Source of the DNA: a bacterium
GTDB taxonomy: Bacteria; Electryoneota; Electryoneia; Electryoneales; Electryoneaceae
Reading direction: 5' to 3'
NCBI GenBank assembly: GCA_963669175.1
Contig: OY769902.1
Coordinates: forward strand, 1,408,001-1,472,000
Length of the DNA: 64,000 nt
The notes under the pieces are model-generated. The model made no database searches. It saw only the letters and a program-made list of their open reading frames with translations, and was not told where the DNA came from. Every line of letters begins with the position of its first letter. Position 1 is the first letter of the stretch. The translations under genes and the position numbers were made by a program. Shown here piece by piece: positions 39,298 through 49,060 of this stretch.

Positions 39298-42282
39298 ATG
39301 TCCATGTTTCGTGATCTTTCTCTACGTGTCAAGCTTCTCCTCCTGTTCCTTGCTATGGGGCTTTTGACCATGATCGTCATTGGCTGGCAGGGATACATCA
39401 ACGGTAAACACTCACTGGAACAGGCCTCGTTCAATCAGTTGACCTCCGTACGTGAAACAAAAGCTCGCCAGATAGAACGCTACTTCGAGCAGATTCGTAA
39501 CCAGGTTGTCACTTTATCTGAAGATCGAATGATTGTTGACGCCATGCGTCAGTTCAAGGATGCTTTTCATAATGTGGTCAGAGAGTCCGGGGTCAGTTCG
39601 GCTCAGCTTGACGCACAGGCAAGTGAAGTAAGAGCGTATTATTCAAATGAATACCTTTCGCGCTTGAAAAAGAACACGAGTAACCAGGTCTCGGTTGAAC
39701 AATACTGGCCGGGCGAAGATGTCAGTACCTACCTGCAATACCATTACCTGGCGCACAATCCAAATCCCACCGGCGAGAAAGATAATTTGAACGACGCGAA
39801 TGACAGGTCGCGTTACAGCAGCTTGCATGAAGTGTATCATCCCATCATTCGTGATTACCTGAAACGCTTCGGGTATTATGACATTTTCCTTGTGGATGAC
39901 AAGACCGGGCATATTGTATATACGGTGTTTAAGGAGGTTGACTACACGACCAGCCTGCTCACCGGGCCATACAAGGACACCAATTTTGCCCGGGTTTTCA
40001 GGGCGGCCAATAATGCGGGCGATAAGGACTTTGTTCTTCTGGCGGATTTTGAGCCTTACGACCCTTCCTACCATGCGCCTGCCGCTTTTATCGCTTCGCC
40101 GATTTTTGACGGTGACGAAAAACTTGGCGTTTTGATATTCCAGATGCCGATTGATGAAATCAACGCCGTAATGACCGGTGACGCCAACTGGACGGAGGAT
40201 GGGCTTGGCGCCAGCGGGGAAACCTACCTGGTAGGTGATGACAAGAAGATGAGGAGTATTTCACGCTTCCTGGTGGAAGATCCTGATGGGTATTTCGACG
40301 CCCTGCGTGATGCCGGTTTTACCTCGTCAACGATTGATGCGATCAAGAACATCGGCACGTCCATCTTGTTGCAGGAGGTCGATACCCGGGGGGTAACCAG
40401 CGCTCTTAAGGGAGAAAAAGGGCAGGAAATTATCCTGGATTACCGTGATATTCCTGTTCTAAGCTCCTACAAACCCCTTTCGATCAAGGATGTTCACTGG
40501 GTTATCCTGTCTGAGATTGATGAAGCGGAAGCCTTTGCCCCTGTCAAGAAGCTTCGAACCCAGATGCTGATCTGGGGAATTGTCCTGTTATTACTGGTAT
40601 TTATTCTTGCTTATATGTTCGCCGGTTATATCGCCAATCCGTTGAAAGCGATCACAGCGCTATCTGAAGAGTTTGCCCGGGGCAACCTGCATGAAAGTCT
40701 GACTTTCAATCGTCGTGATGAGATCGGTAAACTTGCAGAAGCTTTTGGCGAAATGCGTGAGGTTTTCATCGGGAAGGTAGAGGTTGCGGCGGCCATTGCC
40801 GATGGGAATCTGGATGTGGATGTGCCCGTGGTATCCAAGCAGGATGAACTGGGGCAGGCCATGGTGAAAATGCGTGAAACGATACAGCATGTCGCTTCCG
40901 AAACCCATGAACTGATTGAAGCAATGAAAGCCGGGCAATTGGGCACACGTGGCAAGACGGCAGCATTCGAGGGGGCATGGCGAGGGCAACTGACTGCGAT
41001 CAATGAACTGATTGAGGCCTTTGTTCACCCTATTGGTCTTATGTCGTCCTATATAGAAAGCATCAGTAACGGCAATATTCCCGAACGGATCACAGATGAG
41101 TATCGTGGTGATTTCAACAAGATCAAGAATAACCTGAATCGTTGTGGTGATGTGGTACAGCGTCTGGTTGACGATACGGAAGTGCTGGTCCAGGCGGCAT
41201 TGGCTGGAGATTTTCAAACCCGTGCCAATGCCGAAAACCATTTCGGTGATTACCGGAAAATTGTCGAGGGTATCAACCGTACACTTGATGCTGTGGTAAA
41301 GCCTATACAGGAGTCGGCCGAAGTATTGGAGGCCATGGCAAACGGCGACCTGGCCGTGCGTGTCAAGGGAGACTACAAGGGTGATCATGCCCTGATTAAA
41401 AATGCGCTGAATGCCGGATTGGATTCGATCAATGCCATGCTGGCAGAGGTAAACCAGACGGTCGAGGAAGTTGCTTCCGGTACAGAGCAGGTTTCGAATT
41501 CGAGCCAGTCGCTTTCCAATGGCGCTACGGTACAGGCAAGCGCGATTGAGGAAGTGACAGCATCTCTTACGGAAATAGGAGGTCAATCCCGTCAGAATGC
41601 AGAGAATGCCCAGAAGGCTGATAATGTGGTAAACCAGGTGCGTGGTTCCGCAGAATCCGGCAACAAACAGATGAAGAAGATGCTGGAAGCGATGACAGCA
41701 ATCAACGCTTCGTCTGGTGAGATCGGCAGGATTATCAAGGTGATTGATGAGATCGCCTTCCAGACCAATCTGCTGGCGTTGAATGCGGCTGTCGAGGCGG
41801 CCAGGGCGGGAGTACACGGCAAGGGGTTCGCGGTTGTCGCTGATGAAGTGCGCAACCTGGCGCAGAGAAGCGCTTCCGCTGCAAGTGAAACCACAGAACT
41901 TATCGAAGATTCCATTTCCAGGGTAAACACGGGAACAGAAATCGCTCAATCCACGGCTGCTGCGCTTGAAACCATGGTGCAGGGGATCATCAGCGTGTCC
42001 GATGTGGTGGGCGAAATAGCCAATGCTTCCAACGAACAGGCGACAGGAGTAAAGCAGGTCAATGAAGCCTTGGCCCAGGTAGAGCAGATTACTCAGAGCA
42101 ATACCACCCTGGCTCAGGAAAGCGCGTCGGCCGCACAAACACTGTCAACTCGGTCTGTGCAGGTGAAGACCATGCTGGATCGGTTTAATCTCATCGCAAT
42201 GTCCGTTGACAGAAAAGGGTACTACCTTGAAGAGGCGAACGACTCGGACCAGGTAGATCAAGAGGAATGGTCAAGATTCTAA
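39298..42282 (+). CDS. Methyl-accepting chemotaxis protein (Cache-type sensor, multiple HAMP domains)
   Basis: Two TM segments; GYYDIFLVD sensor; DEIGKLA/DELGQA HAMP motifs; [35 protein letters not shown]. Confidence 0.95.
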   Translation: MSMFRDLSLRVKLLLLFLAMGLLTMIVIGWQGYINGKHSLEQASFNQLTSVRETKARQIERYFEQIRNQVVTLSEDRMIVDAMRQFKDAFHNVVRESGVSSAQLDAQASEVRAYYSNEYLSRLKKNTSNQVSVEQYWPGEDVSTYLQYHYLAHNPNPTGEKDNLNDANDRSRYSSLHEVYHPIIRDYLKRFGYYDIFLVDDKTGHIVYTVFKEVDYTTSLLTGPYKDTNFARVFRAANNAGDKDFVLLADFEPYDPSYHAPAAFIASPIFDGDEKLGVLIFQMPIDEINAVMTGDANWTEDGLGASGETYLVGDDKKMRSISRFLVEDPDGYFDALRDAGFTSSTIDAIKNIGTSILLQEVDTRGVTSALKGEKGQEIILDYRDIPVLSSYKPLSIKDVHWVILSEIDEAEAFAPVKKLRTQMLIWGIVLLLLVFILAYMFAGYIANPLKAITALSEEFARGNLHESLTFNRRDEIGKLAEAFGEMREVFIGKVEVAAAIADGNLDVDVPVVSKQDELGQAMVKMRETIQHVASETHELIEAMKAGQLGTRGKTAAFEGAWRGQLTAINELIEAFVHPIGLMSSYIESISNGNIPERITDEYRGDFNKIKNNLNRCGDVVQRLVDDTEVLVQAALAGDFQTRANAENHFGDYRKIVEGINRTLDAVVKPIQESAEVLEAMANGDLAVRVKGDYKGDHALIKNALNAGLDSINAMLAEVNQTVEEVASGTEQVSNSSQSLSNGATVQASAIEEVTASLTEIGGQSRQNAENAQKADNVVNQVRGSAESGNKQMKKMLEAMTAINASSGEIGRIIKVIDEIAFQTNLLALNAAVEAARAGVHGKGFAVVADEVRNLAQRSASAASETTELIEDSISRVNTGTEIAQSTAAALETMVQGIISVSDVVGEIANASNEQATGVKQVNEALAQVEQITQSNTTLAQESASAAQTLSTRSVQVKTMLDRFNLIAMSVDRKGYYLEEANDSDQVDQEEWSRF

Positions 42283-42495
42283 ACCGTAATTGTCACGATA
42301 TATTGCGGTCGCGAGAAGGATACTTTCCCACTTGATTCAGGGATGATCTCATTTCGCAGAAGCCTCGCAAGGCTGCAAAAAACAGGATCACTATAGTATT
42401 ATAGTGGTCCTTTTTGTATTTTCTGAAGTTCTGCTTTTTCTATGACAGCAAGTGGTTTACAACGCGAAGCTGTTTTTCCTTCGGACGGTAGCGGC

Positions 42496-42975
42496 ATGGA
42501 CGTTAAATACATAAATCCCTTCATTGAGTCTACGATCAACTGCATTGAGATGATGACGGGACATTCCCCGCAACGCGAACAGCCATTCGTGAAAGAGGGC
42601 GATATGTCGCATGGGGATATCACCGGGATGATCGGTTTCGCCGCCCAGAATATTACGGGTTCGGTAGCGGTGACCTTCCCGCGTGAATCCGCGTTGTCTA
42701 TTTACAATGACATGACCGGCGAATCGGTTTCTGTAATCAACAGAGAAGTTCAAGATAGTGTTGGTGAGCTTGCCAATATTATTGCGGGAGGCGCAAAATC
42801 AATCCTTGCCGAACAGGGGTTGTCCTACCATATTTCCATCCCGACAGTGATTGTTGGTAAGAATCATCATATTCAACACAGATCAAACACACCTGTCGTT
42901 GTCATTCCCTTCAGCTTCAACAACATGCGCATTGTTGTGGAAGTAGCCATGAGGCTCACCGGCAAAACCAAGTAG
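42496..42975 (+). CDS. cheX: Chemotaxis phosphatase CheX
   Basis: YINPFIES, DITGMIG, GELANIIAG (E-x-x-N), ISIPTVI motifs. Confidence 0.88.
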   Translation: MDVKYINPFIESTINCIEMMTGHSPQREQPFVKEGDMSHGDITGMIGFAAQNITGSVAVTFPRESALSIYNDMTGESVSVINREVQDSVGELANIIAGGAKSILAEQGLSYHISIPTVIVGKNHHIQHRSNTPVVVIPFSFNNMRIVVEVAMRLTGKTK

Positions 42976-42981
42976 ATTTAT

Positions 42982-43277
42982 AGTTCTTCGCTGTTTCGAA
43001 TGGGTAAACCATTGTTCGATAGCATGTGATTAAGTTGATAGTATGTGATTAAAAGGAAAGGCTTCCAAATCACCTCGAAGAGGTGAAACTTGAATAGCGC
43101 GGGTGTGCAAACCCCGGGAAAACATGGACTACTACACCAATCGTCCCCGAAGGGTACGCACATATGACGAGTCTATCAGAACTGCCCTGTTAAAGAAAAG
43201 AGGGATACTGTGACAGGGATTCTCTTAACCAGCAAGTTTCGCTAGTATTGGTGACCCACACAAAACAGCGAAGCACC
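42982..43277. mobile_element. MITE-like element family A, copy 3
   Basis: Left AGTTCTTCGCTGTTTCGAATGGGTA, right GACCCACACAAAACAGCGAAGCACC; internal CACCTCGAAGAGGTG and CCCGAAGGG hairpins shared with copy 2. Confidence 0.65.
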
Positions 43278-43281
43278 AAAT

Positions 43282-43959
43282 TTATTTCTTCTCGCCTGGC
43301 TTCTCCGTCACAATTCCCAAAGCAGCGCGAATACGTTTGCCACTGAAAGCCTCGTTATGCTCCAACCTTATGGTATACTTTGCGTCCAGTAGTCCGGGCG
43401 GAAGTGGTGGGGTATCCGGTTCGATGAAGACAAAGAAGTTCACACTTTCCAGTTTCGGTACATTCTTCCTGATAGCTGCTGTTTCATCCGACGTCAGCAG
43501 GTGGTAAAACTGTTGATACATATCCAGTGATACGGCAACAACGACACGTTTTTTCCGGTCATTTTTCAACCCGGAGGCAATCTTCTCAAGCGTTGTTTTT
43601 TCGTCCTGGCAGAGGATAGAATCTGTGAAACCGGCACGCGACAAATAGGATTGTATGTTTCGTGCGCGAAGTGTCTGTGAGTCATAGATCACGAAAAAGG
43701 CTTCACTTTTGGGCGGATCTTTTGCCTGGGCGCCGGATTTGAAGGCACGTTCACTGCGCTGGGTTCGTCTTCTCAGTTCTTCCTTCTGGGCATCGGAAGC
43801 TGATTGTGTGGTACGAGATGATGAACCGCCTGATGCGGGAGGTACGGCACCGCCCGCGCCCATGGAGTTGGCGACACGCTGTAAAATCGCAGGATCAATC
43901 TTCTTGCGAAGCGCTTCCAGTTCTTCCCGGCTGGGCTTTTTGCTATCGTCAGGCAGCAA
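43282..43959 (-). CDS. Hypothetical protein (low-complexity N-terminus, possible degenerate receiver-like domain)
   Basis: 225-aa ORF with purine-rich RBS before TTG; beta/alpha pattern FFVIYDSQ..ARNIQSYL..AGF. Confidence 0.6.
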   Translation of the reverse strand: MLPDDSKKPSREELEALRKKIDPAILQRVANSMGAGGAVPPASGGSSSRTTQSASDAQKEELRRRTQRSERAFKSGAQAKDPPKSEAFFVIYDSQTLRARNIQSYLSRAGFTDSILCQDEKTTLEKIASGLKNDRKKRVVVAVSLDMYQQFYHLLTSDETAAIRKNVPKLESVNFFVFIEPDTPPLPPGLLDAKYTIRLEHNEAFSGKRIRAALGIVTEKPGEKK

Positions 43960-44124
43960 AAGAACCCCCTTTCCCGATAGTAATGAATGATCGCCTGAAA
44001 GCGGGCAGTGCTGTAAGCCTCTCGATCAGGTAGGTCAGGTCTTACCAGCGACAAAAACCGATAAACGATAGTGATCTTTCTATTTCATAATACAATGTGA
44101 ATGTGAAGCAACGCGAAGTCAACT

Positions 44125-45789
44125 CTAAAATGATGTATGTTTGTCCAATTGAAGCTCAGATCCATGTTCAACACCGATAAGGGAAAAGACGCCATTCTCC
44201 CGTGACAGGAAATGGAATCGGGCAGGCAGAGAGCAGTGTCCGGAAGATGACGTTTCAGCGATGACATCGAGAACCAGGTAGCTGGAAGCCGGGTCGGACA
44301 GGTCAATTGCGGAAAGATCAATAGTCAGGAAATCATCATCGCGGTCCGTCTGTACCGTTTTTTTCAAGACAGCCTTGCGGTCAAGATTCATGGCGATGAT
44401 TTCGCAGGTGTACAAGTCTATTTTATCACGCAGGTTACGTGGGATTGTGTTTCGTATCGTCAGCACGTTGTTATCGATAGAAACCGGGTCAAATGGGGAG
44501 ACTTGGCTGTACGCATAAACCAGGGTTTTATCCCGACGTTCGCGAAGAACTTTTTTTACATACGCTGCCGCTTCCGGTTCCGGATATTGAGCCGCGTCTA
44601 CCAGTGCGGAGATGTGGTCATCGGTCAAACCCGCCAGGATTTTCGCCGCCCAGTAATCATCTTCCGGTAAGGCTCGCCGAATGGGAACGTACTGGTATGT
44701 CTCCCGCCACTGTTCAGGATTATAAACTTCGGATTCAAACGATCCCACCGAGGGCCAGATCGTGAAATCCAGTCGCTCCCAGGGCTTTACGTACAAACCA
44801 AGTGTGATATAGTTGAGCGCCATCTGGTGATAGGAAAACGCATGTGCGTAACCATCCCACAGCCACTTGTGTTCTGCGGCATGTCCTCCGAACGCTTCCC
44901 CGAAATCCAGCATATAAGGGACTGTGTACCCGTCGCCCGGTTCACCGTGGTATATATCCAGTGAGTTGTCAATCCTGATGTCGGAATGGTTGGTGAAGGC
45001 GCAGAAAACGTGCAATGCACGCAGTACTCGGCGGTTCTCATGAGGGATAAAGTCGTTTGAATTTCCCTCACGAGTCCCTTTCTCTGCAACCGGGCCAAGG
45101 ATTTTTCCGGAAAGAAACATACTGAATGTAGCGCGATATTCCCCGTTCACAGGTGGCGCTACCCTGGACAGGACATCATTCACATCCGCTTCATTCAGGT
45201 CCGCCTTTGGATCACAGGACAACTCGCTTCGTTTGAAGAATACCTGGTAGTCTTCAGGCACGTTATAACCAAAGCCCCAGAACAGACGGTTTACAATGAA
45301 AGATGTTGTCGTCTGGATACCGTTAAATTCAGGTGGGTCAAATTTTACCAGGTATCGGATACCGCGTGCGTCATCGGCGAAGAACCCGGGATTGGTGCCG
45401 CCCTTCTTGGCGCGAACGACTGTATAAGGCGGTTGAGGCGCTCCGGTGACTTCGTTTTCGTGAACAAGTTGATCCGGAGAGAGATCTGTATAACCCAGTC
45501 GTGGCGTCCACCAGACTGTTTCAGGTACTTCATCCAGTGCATTGACATCCTGGCTCTGCGGCGTCCGTTCAGGATCAAGCGCAGCCAATGCGGGATTTCG
45601 GATCAGGTTGTTGAAATAATAGAAGGCCGGTTCATATTCACTTCCTTCAGGAAGTGGAGAAGGTTGATCATCATGCAATGAGGTAACCGGGGGGGCATCG
45701 GCAAAACGCGATGGGGTTGGTGCGCATCCAGCAAAGATCAGGAGCAGGATAAATAGTCCAGGGATTCTCCTTGTTATATGCTTATCCAT
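44125..45789 (-). CDS. Lipoprotein with HipA/PI3K-like kinase-fold motifs
   Basis: Lipobox FAGC; KKGGTNPG..YLVKFD, NHSDIRIDN, LDFG motifs. Confidence 0.7.
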   Translation of the reverse strand: MDKHITRRIPGLFILLLIFAGCAPTPSRFADAPPVTSLHDDQPSPLPEGSEYEPAFYYFNNLIRNPALAALDPERTPQSQDVNALDEVPETVWWTPRLGYTDLSPDQLVHENEVTGAPQPPYTVVRAKKGGTNPGFFADDARGIRYLVKFDPPEFNGIQTTTSFIVNRLFWGFGYNVPEDYQVFFKRSELSCDPKADLNEADVNDVLSRVAPPVNGEYRATFSMFLSGKILGPVAEKGTREGNSNDFIPHENRRVLRALHVFCAFTNHSDIRIDNSLDIYHGEPGDGYTVPYMLDFGEAFGGHAAEHKWLWDGYAHAFSYHQMALNYITLGLYVKPWERLDFTIWPSVGSFESEVYNPEQWRETYQYVPIRRALPEDDYWAAKILAGLTDDHISALVDAAQYPEPEAAAYVKKVLRERRDKTLVYAYSQVSPFDPVSIDNNVLTIRNTIPRNLRDKIDLYTCEIIAMNLDRKAVLKKTVQTDRDDDFLTIDLSAIDLSDPASSYLVLDVIAETSSSGHCSLPARFHFLSRENGVFSLIGVEHGSELQLDKHTSF

Positions 45790-45791
45790 GG

Positions 45792-47162
45792 CTATTTCCA
45801 ATCCGTACGGTTTTTCTCAAACAGGGGTGAACCGATACTCAAGGTCACCCTGAACCCCTCCGATCCGTTGGCGTAGGATACTCTTCCCATCTCGCTGCCG
45901 TTGATGTGAATCAGTATGCCTGTGCCCACTGCCCAGGGAACGTCATCACCAACATTGATTCCTTTTGGTTCATATCCGGCAAGCAAAACATCCGTAAAGA
46001 CGAATCCGGTCATAACGTGCGACAGGGGCCACTGGTATTCCAATGATGGAACCATGGTGTACTGTTCCACCTTCAGCAGATTTTTTGAGGATACACCTCG
46101 GAATGTGTAATGCCGGGCCATCTCGTAGAATGGAATAACGTACGTACTATGTTTATCCCAGTAAACGCCATTAAATGCGATTCGAGGGATCAGAAATCGA
46201 TCATGCAGCAACACCGGGATATACAAGGACACATCTGAACCAAAACGATAGAAATCCTCCACATCATTTTCCATGCCCTGGGAATAGCCGCCATACATCT
46301 CGATGGCGTATCCTTCAACCAATCCGTTCAGGTCACGTTGATATGTCTGCACGGCCAGTTCAGTATAGAGTTGCTTGCTCAATAAATCGGGATCAGCCAT
46401 GGACAGGATATCATCCGGGGTAAGGAAACCAATATCACCATCCAGGTAAACAGTGAATATTTCCCTCTCACGGTATTGGCCGGTAGCAAACACGCTGATT
46501 GTATTGGTTGCCTGAACACCAAAAACAATGGTTCCTTCACGTCTTCGCTGGCGGTAATTCAGGTTTCCTGGATCAATATTGTTCCAGCGCTTCAGGTTCC
46601 AGAAGTTCACCTGGAAATCATCATCCTCGGCATTCAGTGCGGTGATCGTTGTTTTGGTCGGTTTGCCAAAAAGGGCTTTCTTGACACTGAGCGATGCTTT
46701 GGTCTGGTAATGGTGCTCGGTGCTGTACCATCCGGACAAGGAAGCTCCGAACCATGTGCCACGATAAAACAACTTGGTGCCATACAAAGGTTTGAGGTCG
46801 CTGTCGAGATTTAAAACCGGATACCATCCCAGACGGCGTTCATACAGGTAAAGGATATCCTCAACCTTCTCAATAAAGCGCGGATCTGTTGCGATATAGG
46901 CGCCACGTCCGGCAGAATAAAGAAGTCCGCTCAAGGCGCTACGAGGCAGGAACAGGGCATAATCCAACGCTTTTCGTCCGGCGTCATCCTGGTGACGTTC
47001 CGGTGTGGAAATGCCGCGAACGCCGAGAGAGTCTTCCGGGCCACCGGATCGTCCGCCGGTAGAATCACCGGGAACAGGGTTCTCTTCTGCGAATAGAGGG
47101 ATAGACAGAATGAAGGACAATACGAGGATGCTACAGAGCTTGGTACAGGATTTCACCTGCAT
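45792..47162 (-). CDS. Omp85/BamA-TamA-like outer-membrane beta-barrel protein
   Basis: Signal peptide; amphipathic strands; PFYEM...TFRG loop motif; SLEYQWPL, FVFTD strands. Confidence 0.7.
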   Translation of the reverse strand: MQVKSCTKLCSILVLSFILSIPLFAEENPVPGDSTGGRSGGPEDSLGVRGISTPERHQDDAGRKALDYALFLPRSALSGLLYSAGRGAYIATDPRFIEKVEDILYLYERRLGWYPVLNLDSDLKPLYGTKLFYRGTWFGASLSGWYSTEHHYQTKASLSVKKALFGKPTKTTITALNAEDDDFQVNFWNLKRWNNIDPGNLNYRQRRREGTIVFGVQATNTISVFATGQYREREIFTVYLDGDIGFLTPDDILSMADPDLLSKQLYTELAVQTYQRDLNGLVEGYAIEMYGGYSQGMENDVEDFYRFGSDVSLYIPVLLHDRFLIPRIAFNGVYWDKHSTYVIPFYEMARHYTFRGVSSKNLLKVEQYTMVPSLEYQWPLSHVMTGFVFTDVLLAGYEPKGINVGDDVPWAVGTGILIHINGSEMGRVSYANGSEGFRVTLSIGSPLFEKNRTDWK

Positions 47163-47270
47163 GCCTCCCTGATGAACAAGAACCCCCAGAAGATTTGCAA
47201 TATAGTATTATCTTCAGTGCCAATGCTAATGATCAATGTGTCATTGTTGGCAACCTGTGTCATAAAGAAA

Positions 47271-47505
47271 TATCGCGGTTCTCGATTAAGTTATGTCAAA
47301 ATGAATTTACCTGGAAAAGGGGACGGGATCCTTTTCCTCGCTCTCACATGGAACATGCTGATCAAACTTGTGGAAAAGGAAACTGTACCCTTTTCCGCGT
47401 GATTTCAGCCTGCCCGCAAGAAAATGGGTACAGCCACCTTTCCCAATCCATATTCAGAGTGGGAAAGTTTTATCCCAGGGAAAGGAGGCAGTCCCCTTTT
47501 CCCAT
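47271..47505 (+). repeat. Repeat family C, copy 1: four ~24-bp AAAAGG..CCTTTT palindromes with spacers
   Basis: Units at about 47314, 47372, 47420, 47478; homologous in inverted orientation to 52097-52331. Confidence 0.8.
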
Positions 47506-47573
47506 CGCCTTTGTGTCCATCATACAGTGGAGCTTCCGCTGAACTACAGAAATACGGTTTATGGTTATAGCTG

Positions 47574-48035
47574 CTACTGTGAAAACATGGCTGGCAACAG
47601 GAGGCTTATAAAGAATACCGGCGCGGCAAGAAGAACCGTAGCCACACTTCCCACGAACACATAACTCCACCAGGCCTGCGACCTCTCACGGCTGGCAGAA
47701 TCCAACAGGGAAACAGCAACGATATATCCCCGAATGGCAGCGAACGCACCGCCAAGAATTCCATAACAGATTACAAACACCAGTATCCATATACCAAACA
47801 CGCCACTGTCATCGCGCGCCCACCGTATTAACACCCCCAATTGCGGCTGAATCAATCGCAACGCCAACCCGATAACAAACATGGCAATAGTAGAAGCAGT
47901 AAACAGTACGGCAGGACGTGAAGATTTTTCCTTAACCAGGATTTTCCTGGTGTAGAAAAGGTCCAGCGCTGTCTGTATCACCAGGGTCAACAGCAGCCAA
48001 CCGCCCAACAGTGGTATGGAAAGGTGGATGTCCAT
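47574..48035 (-). CDS. Hypothetical 4-TM membrane protein
   Basis: 153-aa ORF with four hydrophobic segments, co-directional with upstream genes. Confidence 0.65.
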   Translation of the reverse strand: MDIHLSIPLLGGWLLLTLVIQTALDLFYTRKILVKEKSSRPAVLFTASTIAMFVIGLALRLIQPQLGVLIRWARDDSGVFGIWILVFVICYGILGGAFAAIRGYIVAVSLLDSASRERSQAWWSYVFVGSVATVLLAAPVFFISLLLPAMFSQ

Positions 48036-48071
48036 GAATCACGACTATATGCTTTCAAATTCTCAAACCAA

Positions 48072-49058
48072 TCAACACTTATGCAATTTCTCGCCCAGCA
48101 TCAGGATATGTTGATTATTGCTCCCGCAGCAGCCCCCGAAAATCTTCATCCAGGGATGAGAAATCACCACATCCAGCATGGCGTTGGTAAACTTGTCCGG
48201 ATCATCACCAAGCAGGCTGCTCGCATCGTTCAACTCCTCATGGGGAGCGTCGGAGGTATTCGCCTGCAAGCCAATGATTCTCGGAAGATGACTATCGTTT
48301 GGAGTGTCAGCCAGGTCCGGTTGAGGGATGAACAGGCTTTTCTCAAGCGCCGTATTAAAATTCCTCGGATGAACGCAGTTGCCCATATACCCATAGGGTG
48401 CAGGTGATACAGCATTGTCAATGGTATCGATAGCACGTTGCAACGGGGCGCCGTCAAAAAGAGAACCGGTAGGGCGAAGAACAAAACTGATGATGTAGGG
48501 GATGCCGGTTGATGCCATCGCCTGCGCGATTCCGATAGCCTCGGGAAGTGTCGGCAAGGTTGCGGCCATGAAATAGTCTACTCCGGCCGCCGCCAACGCC
48601 TGGATCTGCTCCGTATGGAACACCACCGCTTCATGGGTGGGAATACCGTCACGGGAATCATAGGCATCGCCTTTCGGGCCGGTCAGACCGCCGACCAGCA
48701 ATTTCTCACCGTAATTACCCGCATCGTTTTGCAGTTCACGCATGAAACTGATCGCGTCCAGGCTGTACTGCTTCACTTCCGGCAGACCGGCAGCGAAAAG
48801 GCGTGGTGGAGTGGCTCGCCAAGTCGGCGCAAGCAGTAGCATGGGCAAGCCTGCTTCACGTCCGGCATCGATATATCCGGTGTATAGTTCCTTCAAAAGG
48901 ATGCGTTGATCCGGATCATAGATGAACCCGGCATTCAGAACATGCGGGTCCAGGGGGAAGTCTGTTTCTCGCCGGATACGTTCGATAATCGCGCCTTCGG
49001 TCAGGAACAGATCGTGTTCCTGCAACAGGCGTGTGAAACGGTCAGAAATTACGGTCAT
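48072..49058 (-). CDS. Homocysteine S-methyltransferase family protein
   Basis: LTEGA, GPKGDAY, GNCVHP and GGCCG Zn-ligand motifs. Confidence 0.88.
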   Translation of the reverse strand: MTVISDRFTRLLQEHDLFLTEGAIIERIRRETDFPLDPHVLNAGFIYDPDQRILLKELYTGYIDAGREAGLPMLLLAPTWRATPPRLFAAGLPEVKQYSLDAISFMRELQNDAGNYGEKLLVGGLTGPKGDAYDSRDGIPTHEAVVFHTEQIQALAAAGVDYFMAATLPTLPEAIGIAQAMASTGIPYIISFVLRPTGSLFDGAPLQRAIDTIDNAVSPAPYGYMGNCVHPRNFNTALEKSLFIPQPDLADTPNDSHLPRIIGLQANTSDAPHEELNDASSLLGDDPDKFTNAMLDVVISHPWMKIFGGCCGSNNQHILMLGEKLHKC

Positions 49059-49060
49059 GG

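Noticed and set aside
40660-42138. 492-aa antisense ORF
   Set aside because: Shadow of the MCP gene on the opposite strand, with no recognisable motifs.
47195-47664. Small ORFs 47195-47542 and 47368-47664, and their look-alikes at 52033-52347
   Set aside because: Their mutual similarity (KRGRDPFPR, KRKLYPFP) is just translation of the family C DNA repeat in several frames.
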